DNA of 14,634 nt from Octopus sinensis. Its lineage: Eukaryota. The stretch's first letter is position 1; each line of letters opens with the position of its first letter. The notes under the pieces are model-generated. The model did not search any database and had not been told where the DNA came from. It saw only the letters and a program-made list of their open reading frames with translations. Both the position numbers and the translations under genes were made by a program. Of the stretch, positions 1 through 8,445 are shown in pieces. Location: positions 1 to 14,634 of the forward strand of contig NW_021825785.1 of NCBI RefSeq assembly GCF_006345805.1, given 5' to 3'.

Positions 1-173
1 CTACCATACTCACATATATATAGTTATATATATGCGCATATCGCACATGGAATTAAGAAGCGGGCATTTTAAACTGGTCATGTTGCATACGTGCATATAT
101 ATGTATGTATACGTTCGTATATGTAAGTAGTCGTATGTTGTATGTTTATGTATTTATGTTTCTCTCTGCGCAT

Positions 174-232
174 ATTCCACTGATGAGGCAAAGCATTTCT
201 AAATGCAAAGACAGAAATCCGGGATCTGGAAT
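174..232 (+). ncRNA. Type I hammerhead ribozyme-like motif (family A, copy 1)
   Basis: Stem I ATTCCA(174-179)/TGGAAT(227-232); core CTGATGA 180-186; stem II region GGC-AAA-[GCATT-TCTA-AATGC]-AAA-GAC-A; GAAA 214-217; minimal stem III ATC-CGG-GAT; predicted cleavage after AUC (C226). Base of stem II is imperfect. Confidence 0.75.
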
Positions 233-466
233 TATCCAGTAATTTTTTACTAGTTTTATTTTGTCGTTTTGTCTTCTCTCCTTGTGCTATATGAACACTT
301 AATGTGGTTTTAGAGTCAGATCCTGGCTGCTATTTTCAGCATGGCGGTATCTCGTAGATACCCTAATTTATAATTTTAATAATAATCATTACTTTTGAAT
401 GTTTTTATTTCCATGCTGGCCACTTGATAAGATCGTTATTTAATTTAAATTAACGATCTTATCCTT
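174..466 (+). mobile_element. Non-coding hammerhead-bearing repeat, family A copy 1 (Penelope pLTR/retrozyme-like)
   Basis: Colinear motifs and helices shared with 3590-3875; ends in a 13-bp hairpin next to (TA)n. The 5' boundary is uncertain. Confidence 0.6.
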
Positions 467-467
467 T

Positions 468-469
<2 letters not shown>

Positions 470-533
<64 letters not shown>

Positions 534-627
534 GTGTGTGTGTGTGTGTGTTTGTGTATGTGTGTATGGTGTGTGTATGTGTTTGTGTATATGTGCGTGT
601 GTGTGTGTGTTGTGTGTGTGTGTGTAT
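470..627. repeat. Compound microsatellite (TA)n(TG)n
   Basis: Directly visible dinucleotide repeats. Confidence 0.97.
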
Positions 628-628
628 A

Positions 629-995
629 GGCGCAGGACTGGTTTTGTCGTATCTTGCTTAACGACCAGGGTTCAGTCCCACTGCGTGACATCTTACGTAG
701 GCGTCTTCTACTATAGCCTCGGGCCGACCAAAGCCTTGTGAGTGGATTTGGTGGACGGAAACTAAAAGAAGCCTGTCATATATATATTTATATATGTGTG
801 TGTGTGTCTGTTTGTCCCCCTACCATCGCTTGACAACCAATATTGGTGTGTTTACGCCCCCGTAATTTAGCGGTTCGGAAAAGCGGAATGATAGGATAAG
901 TACTAGGCTTACAAAGAATAAGTCCTGGGGTTGATTTGTTCGACTAAAAGCAGTGCACCAGCATGGCCGCAGTTAAGTGGCTGAAATAAAAGAAT
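629..995 (+). mobile_element. tRNA-derived SINE with internal (TA)/(TG) tract and LINE-derived 3' tail
   Basis: Starts GGCGCAGG; decayed A box; B-box-like GGTTCAGTCCC 669-679; internal microsatellite about 779-807; 950-986 matches the LINE 3' end (5509-5545, -) at 28/37 nt; A-rich end. Confidence 0.85.
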
Positions 996-1247
996 ATATA
1001 TATATATTTATATATATATATACATACACGCATACACATATACATATATACATATGTACATATATATGTATATATATATACATATTTATATTTATTAATA
1101 CGTATATATAAATATATTCAGAAACGTGTATAATTATATAGATACTCTATATATACCCTTATATATATACACACACACACACACATATATAAATATGTAC
1201 ATTTTTATATATACACATACAAACTTATATATATTTTATATTTTTAT

Positions 1248-1296
<49 letters not shown>

Positions 1297-1390
1297 ATAT
1301 ATATATATACGTGCGTACATATGATATAAATACACAAGCGCACAAACACACACACACACATATCTATGTATGTACGTATGTATGCATGTA
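994..1390. repeat. Compound TA/CA/TATG microsatellite field
   Basis: Directly visible. Confidence 0.95.
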
Positions 1391-2679
1391 TATATGTATG
1401 TATGTATAGTTCTCCCTTCAAACGTATCCAATCTCCAGAAAATTAGGTGCCATTATTTATGATACACGTGTTTGCATGAATGATTCGCTTCAGTATCTGC
1501 TCGGCTTTGCCACAACATTTTTAGAAGCTAAAAAGTAACAAAGAACAAAAATGTAAACAAATCTAAAAAGAATATACAGTGTCTATTGTCTTATTAATGT
1601 TTACCAAGGAAAAAGGAATAAAGATTGGACAGTCTTTCCTTTCTTTTCAAACTGTTGCTTATTATTATTATTTTCATTTTTATTATTGTTAATGTTATCA
1701 CTATTATTATAAGTTCTTCTTCTCATTATTATTATTATTATTGGCAAGTTATTCCCATATTAAGTACCGGCCCTAACTTTGTTTGACATGTCACATGCGA
1801 GGAGAGCTAAGGGTTTGAGGGAAATTTTTGTAATCAGTAACTCGTAAAATGAAATCCCTCACTCTCTCTCTCACACACATACATACACACATACACCTTA
1901 ATACACAAATATATAGCTATACATTCTTTTTTAGATATTTCTGGTTAAATATAGTATAGTATGAAAAGCCAAAAATAAAGAAATATTACTGAAATAATAG
2001 ATATAAATAGGAAAATTTTATTCAGAAATTGCATGTTGATAGCAAAAAGAAAACCATGAGAACAAACCACAGCATTAATCGTTGATTCCTCTGTTGAACA
2101 ATTTATGTCAGCTTTGCCAATCTAGCAGAAACGTTGCCAGGAAGAACATCCAACCAATATCTGAAGTGGAAACTACTCCACCTAACAAAGCTTAGTGCCA
2201 GGCGCGACACCCTAATCCAGACCTAGGAGGAACGCCTTATCCGGGAACCGACTGTTTCGGAGGTTTCAACAGCGATGGGAAATAATGTTATATTAGCTGT
2301 GAGTGAAGAAGAGCAACTTACAGCTGCGAGAGGAAATTGAAAGTATCGAGGCTGCTTTTAATGGTGTCCTTCAGAGTTGAGTGGGAAGGTGTTCATTTCG
2401 ACAAAGAAGAGCGTGGATGCTGTTCTAAGTCTTTGCTAGTAGATTCACGATAGCATTTATGTGGCTGACGGACGCGGAGACCGAATAACAAGGTAACTCC
2501 GATGTGTGTGTACTACTAGTCGAGAAGCTCCGCACGGCGAACAGGGTCCCGTGTCCATCCAGGTCCTACTGTTTTGTTGCAATGCAGTTTCTTGACAGGA
2601 GAAGTGGTGTTATTTGGTGGAAGACTGAATCGTCATCTTGGCGGAAGTATACTGAAAAAATTGACCCATCGCATTGATT

Positions 2680-3450
2680 GGGCATGTCTAAGAGGTCTAT
2701 TATGAACAGTAATGGCCCCAGAACAGTTCCCTGGGGGACGCCACTTAGGAATTCAGTTTCCTCAGAAAGGGCACCATTGGTTGTAACTACCTGACATCTG
2801 TCTTTGAGGAAATCATGTAGCCACTCTCCCAGTTTACCAACAATGCCTAGTTCTCGTAGCTTATGACTTATCATGCCATGATCTACCTTATCAATTGCTT
2901 TTGCAAAGTCAAGATATATCACGACGACTTCCGAATGGTCAAGCAGCTGTTTCAAAACCCAGTCATAATGCTGTAGGAACTGTGTGAGGCAGTTTTTACC
3001 GGGACGGAAGCCTTGATGTGTATTGTTCAGCGGGTCATTTTCTTCTAGGAATATTATCAGCTTCTTTCTGATGATTCGCTCCATGACTTTACTGATATGC
3101 GAAGTCATAGAGATGAGTCTGTAGTTTTTGGCCTCTAATCTGCTTCCACCTTTGTAGATCGGGCATATAATGCTTTCTTTCAGCTTTTTTGAAAGTCTAC
3201 CACTTGCAAGGAAACTTTGGAAAAGTATCTGAAGTAGTTTCGCTAAAGCCTGCTTACATGACTTTAGGAGAATAGCTGGGAAGTCATGAGGAGCAGTTGC
3301 GGAGCATGAACTCATTTCATCAATGACCACTGATACATCTGTCTCCTCAATTTTAATTTAATCGACGATTGGGTCTTCCTTTTTTAGAGCTGCAATATCG
3401 AAAAATTCAACCGGATTTTTTTATTTGCATGTATCCAAGGCGGGAAGTGA
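2680..3450 (-). mobile_element. CR1-group LINE reverse transcriptase fragment (N-terminal RT motifs; stops before YADD)
   Basis: ORF 2566..3330 has PIYKGG, NYRLISMTS..SKVME, QGFRPG, YLDFAKAIDKVDH, SGVPQGTVLGPLLF; homology ends at DMP (2680-2688). Its N-terminal part aligns with 6485-6700 of the larger LINE. Confidence 0.92.
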
Positions 3451-3875
3451 AGATACTTACTCACGTGTCTTGAATGGGCTGGAGTGTTTCTATTTTGGAT
3501 GTATTTGGGGTACTTAATTGTGCTTATGACTTAGTGTTTGCTTCTTCCATGGGTATGAGTAAGTATCTCATTTATTTCTTTTACCACATTTATCACTGAC
3601 GCAGGGAGGGCTCTTATGAGCTAACCCTGAAATCGGTCCGATGTAGTAATAATGGAATTTTTTAGAAATTTCTGTCGACTTTTTTCGAGTAGCATGCATA
3701 GTGTGAAAAAATTATATGGTTAATGGACAATATGTCCAATTTTTCGGCATATTTGGCATTAGGAATTTTTTCGTTTGCCCTTATTTATGAGTTATATAAA
3801 TTTAACATTTAAAGGAATTTTTAACATGCTGGCCATTGATGAAATTTTTTTTGAAAAAGAAAAAAATTTAATCCT
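3451..3875 (+). mobile_element. Non-coding hammerhead-bearing repeat, family A copy 2
   Basis: Same order and spacing of motifs as 174-466 (core CTGA to CATGCTGGCCA: 229 vs 232 nt); terminal hairpin then (TA)n. Confidence 0.6.
3590..3649 (+). ncRNA. Degenerate type I hammerhead ribozyme-like motif (family A, copy 2)
   Basis: Stem I TTATCA/TAGTAA (1 mismatch); core CTGACGC 3596-3602 (variant of CUGANGA); stem II AGGG-AG-[GGCTC-TTAT-GAGCT]-AA-CCCT; GAAA 3629-3632; palindromic stem III ATCGG-T-CCGAT; position 17 is G3643, so probably inactive. Confidence 0.65.
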
Positions 3876-3884
3876 ACATTAGAT

Positions 3885-3940
<56 letters not shown>

Positions 3941-3981
3941 TATAATGTATGTATGTATATACGATTTAATATATACGATTT

Positions 3982-4077
3982 AATAAGAAATGCTGAGGTC
4001 GATCCATTGCACTGAAATTCTTGAAGGCGGTGCTCAGCTCGGGCGTAGTCTAATGAGTGAAATATATAAAAGATAAA
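3982..4077 (+). mobile_element. 5'-truncated, diverged SINE 3' tail (same tail family as 629-995)
   Basis: AATAAG..CTGAGGTCGAT..ACTGAAA..AAGGCGGTGCTCAGC..GG.CGTAGTCTAATGAGTGAAA aligns with 917-990. Confidence 0.7.
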
Positions 4078-4109
4078 TAATACAAGATATAGCCTGGAAC
4101 TTATTAAAT

Positions 4110-4170
4110 CATATATATTCACACTTGCATGCATACATACATACACACATACATAACACACAATACATGC

Positions 4171-4235
<65 letters not shown>

Positions 4236-4536
4236 TGTGTGTGTATGTGCATGCATACTTACATGTATAGAGTGACATATGCCTTAATTATTAATGTATA
4301 GAAAGACATAGATCCATACGCCTAAGATATAAGATAGTATATCTATACGCACACACACATACACACACACGCACAAATATATATGCATATGCACACAAAT
4401 ATGTATACACTCATACATACGCCTACATATGTATATACGTACGTATGTATGTATGCATATGTATACGTACAACGTATGTATGCATGTGTGTATCTATCTT
4501 ATCTATTTATCTATATGCATATATATATATACACAC

Positions 4537-4611
<75 letters not shown>

Positions 4612-4760
4612 CTTACAGTCACACATATATACACGCACTAATTAATCATGCAAAACATACACATATATACGTAAAGTTATACACATATCGGCGCACACAA
4701 CTAAACTCACGCGCACACACGAATAAACAGAAATACAGACATACCAACACAAACACATAG
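4110..4760. repeat. Compound TA/CA/TACA microsatellite field
   Basis: Directly visible. Confidence 0.93.
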
Positions 4761-4832
4761 CAATTCACAATTTAACTTTATACAAAATGTCCGAAAAATG
4801 GCGTCGAGCCAATTTGTTGTTATTTTTATTAT

Positions 4833-4933
4833 TCAAAAATTTCCTAAGCAAGTGTCCATTGCAGATGCTGCTAAAAATTCCACTGCAGTATTTCTTGGAA
4901 TCGTCTTACCATTTCTAAGACCATATCTTACAG
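4833..4933 (-). other. Candidate host-gene exon (terminal exon, or 24-nt micro-exon 4910-4933)
   Basis: Minus strand: pyrimidine tract ending TTTTTTACAG, then a phase-1 frame xVRYGLRNGKTIPRNTAVEFLAASAMDTCLGNF* with AATAAA just after the stop; an internal donor-like ATG|GTAAGA lies 24 nt in. No homology recognised. Confidence 0.35.
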
Positions 4934-5001
4934 CTGTAAAAAATAGGAAGCAGTGGTAGGGGAATGAGAGTTTACTGAGGAAACAATTGTGAATTCACAA
5001 T

Positions 5002-5002
<1 letters not shown>

Positions 5003-5053
<51 letters not shown>

Positions 5054-5256
5054 TACATATCTTTATAAGTACATATATTTATAAGTAGATATCTTAATAT
5101 GTAAATACAATTCTTTCATATATGGGTGTGCATGATGTATATATATACACACACACATATATGATGTATATATATACACACACACACACATATATGATGT
5201 ATATATGCATGATGTGCATGATGTATATATATACACACACACACACATATATATAG

Positions 5257-5306
<50 letters not shown>

Positions 5307-5480
5307 ACATATATATATGTATATATAGACATACATTAATATATATATATATATAATATATATATATATATATGTATATATAGATATATATGTATATATA
5401 TATAGACTTACATTAATATATACATATATATATATATATAGACATGCATTAATATATATATATATATTATATATATATAA
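5003..5480. repeat. (TA)n field with higher-order minisatellite units
   Basis: TAAGTACATATmTTTA x3 (about 5050-5097); ATGATG(TA)n(CA)n x3 (about 5131-5250); AGACATACATTAAT x3 (5327-5453). Confidence 0.93.
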
Positions 5481-5572
5481 ACCTATTTTATTTTATTTTT
5501 TTATATAGTTTCAGCTCACGAGCTGTGGCCATGCTGGGGCACCGCCATTTGCTGTTGCCACATGATTTTACT

Positions 5573-7945
5573 TCACGAATGCTTTTTAGCAACTGCCATT
5601 TGGTGCATGAGAGAGTTCGATGCAGCAGCCCTCATCTGCACCTCCTGCGGTGAAGTTGGTTCATCCGAGACACCTGACAGGATGAGATCCAGTCCTACTT
5701 TAAAGACATCCACATCCACCCTATGCAAGTCCCTCATGTTCTTCTGGAGGATATTGAAGAGCTGTGGGCCTCTGAAGCCCAGGCTATCACAGTATCTTGT
5801 CCTACATATTGATGGCAAATTTGGAGTCCTTGGCACCACGCAGTGGCGCCCAGTTCTGGCATTTGTGTAACTCTCGATGCCAAAGTTTGGGACAAGTCCT
5901 TCCAGGATCTTCCAGATGTATATTATGGCATATCTCTCTCGCCTACGCTCCAAGCTCTTGAGTCTTTCCCAGTTGCTTATATGCTATCTTCGTGTAGCTT
6001 CGTTGGATCGCCTCAAGTTCTGTGATCAACTTGACACTGGATGGTGACCATAGCCGAGAGCAATAGTCAAAGTGGCTTAGGACAAGTGTCCTCCAGAGGA
6101 CCATCATGTTTTCTTGTTCTCTTGTTCTAAAGGTTCTAAGAATCCATCCAGCCAGCCGTCTACATTTCATTGTCAGTTTAGCAACATGTACATGAAAGGT
6201 CGCGTCATCACTCATGTGAATACCCAGGTCACGCACTGATTGTGCCTCTGGGATTGCAATCCCTCCGGGTCCAGTGTATTCCTTGGGTATTGCATTCAGT
6301 TTTGCATGCTGATAGTATAAAGCTTGAAACTTTTCAGCATTGAACTGCATGCTATTCTTTTCAGCCCACTTGTATACTTTGTCCAGCTCACATTGCAGGT
6401 GCATAGTGTCTTCAGGGTTCTGTATTACATGTGAGACTTTTGTATCATCCGCATAACTTGTGATCGTGGCTCTCTGCGTGACTTTAGTGGTCTTGCTAGG
6501 AATCTTTTACATACTTTTAGAAGGATTGCCGGGAATCCATCGGGGCCAGTAGCTGAGTTTGTTTTCATTTCATCTATAGCCTTTATTACATCGTCTTCCT
6601 TTATATTGATGTAATCAATCATCGCCGCCTCTGATTTTATATCTGCAGTGGTAAAGAAGTCAGTTGGATTGCTGATTTGGAAATGCCCTAGGGGTGGAGT
6701 GAAAACACTCTTGAATTGCTCATTCAGTATTTCACTTACCATCATTGGATTTCCTGTGAGTGTGCCATCCTTTTCAAGAGTGGCCCTATCCTGCAGTGCA
6801 CCGTAGCTGTTTCTTTGGCATACCTGCAGAAAGCTCTGGGGTTAGATTTTATGTTGTCTATAGCCCAGGCTTCTTTGTCTGCTCTTTCCTTTTCATGGGA
6901 GAGTTGCAGACATTTTTCAATTTCCAACAGTTTTATTTTCAGGCGGGACTTTTCACTGCTTTCAATTTGTTTGTTTAGGCGATTTGAAATTTTTGTACGC
7001 CGTCTCATTAGAATTTTCCTCTCTCTGGGGATTTTGTTCTTGTGTACAGTGGCCTTTCTCTCTGGGACACATTTGTAGCATATGGCTTGCATTACAGACA
7101 TGAATTGTTGAAGTTTCACGTCGATGTCTGGTGAGGAGAGACATTCAGGCCAGTTTTGTTTGAGGATCTCTTAATTTGTTTCCAGTTTGCCTTATGGATG
7201 TTCAAGCTGGAAAGATTCTGAGAGTTTCTTGTAGGCTGCATGTCCATGCTTTCCTTTGGCCCGTACATGGTCAGCTCTACCATGTTGTGATCCGAGAGTA
7301 GTGTCGGTGTCACTTTCACATTATGTATGAGATCCATATTATTTGTGAAGCAGAGATCCAGTGTGTTACCTGCCCTGGTTGGTTGGAGTATTACTTGCTC
7401 CATGTACAGGGTGTTGATGAGGTTCAGGAGGGACCTCGCCTGTCCTCGTTCACATCGTGTCATTCCTGGGAGAGAAAGGCCTCGGGCCATCTGACATTGG
7501 GTAGATTGAAGTCTCCCATAAGAAGTACACTTATGTGTTGTTCTAATGTGACTAGAACTTCTTCTATTTTTATAAGGCAGTCTTCAAACTTGCCTACATG
7601 GCTTGGGGCATCTGGAGGGTGATATGTAGCACACACAACTACACCAAGCTGCCTTAGATGTACAATTAGTGTGTCACACACCGAGTTTGAGTATGACAAA
7701 AAAAACTGGAGTGTGAGGTCCTCACGGATGTACATAGCAACTCCTCCATGACTCCTTTCTTTTCTGTCGGTCCGTAGTACAACATACTGTGGTATGTGTA
7801 ATTCCGCATCTACTATGTCCGGTTTCAAGTGTGTTTCCGTAAGTGCTATGCATAAGGCTTGATTGCATGCAACAAAGTCTCCCAAGAACGGGATTTGTGT
7901 CCTGTTACTGAGTGTTAGTAGTCCTCTGATGTTCAGTAGGAGCAT
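5573..7945 (-). pseudogene. LINE ORF2 (APE endonuclease + reverse transcriptase), frameshifted and deleted
   Basis: APE motifs NIRGL, LTETHL, GGVAMY, YHPP, GDFNLP, TLDLCF, SDHNMV across ORFs 7460..8029 and 7116..7490; RT pieces in 6425..6745, 5943..6404 and 5573..5953. Confidence 0.92.
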
Positions 7946-8445
7946 CGAGGTGAGGTGTATGCTGTTGCTGGTGGTGTCCACCTTGGGTCTATTTGCTGTG
8001 GTGGTCTTGTGTATTGTGGATAGTCCCACCTGCGAGCTTGAGTTTGATGGAGCCAGGTTAGCTGCTGTACAATCTTTTGTGCCATGCCCAAAAAAGATTC
8101 TTGTCCAGCAGCTGCCCTTTCAACAACATGTTGGCGGTTTGTGGCACGCACCACATCTGCGTACCTCCGTTTTGGGGCAGGCGGTGCGTGGTCCATCCCT
8201 TTTCCTTTTGGTAGTTGGTTTCTGACCTGTTTCGTGTCTCTGCGGCAGGGTCCCCGATGTGCAAAACGGCAGCCTGCACCTTCCTCTCAATGCCAGCAGG
8301 CACCTCTCAGGTAGAACCTACACACCCGTGTGCGCTGTCTGTTTCCATCCTTTTTGGTATATGGATAGTCAGGTTTGCTTCTATCCTTGGCTGTTTCATT
8401 TTTTGGTTTTGTTTGAGTTTTAGTTTTAGTTTTTCCTCCTTTTAT
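7933..8445 (-). pseudogene. LINE ORF1 remnant with CCCH-type zinc finger
   Basis: Manual translation in the frame of ORF 7933..8196: VCRFYLRGACWH*EEGAGCRFAH (C-x7-C-x8-C-x3-H, 8322-8257); the frame ends overlapping the putative ORF2 ATG at 7945. Confidence 0.7.

Noticed and set aside
440-741. ORFs rich in YI/HT/CV repeats here and at 1126-1431, 3874-4760, 5063-5336, 11933-12397 and 13983-14418
   Set aside because: They are translations of dinucleotide microsatellites, not proteins.
5050-5250. Short repeated units as a CRISPR-like array
   Set aside because: Head-to-tail microsatellite-derived minisatellites with no unique spacers, in eukaryotic context.
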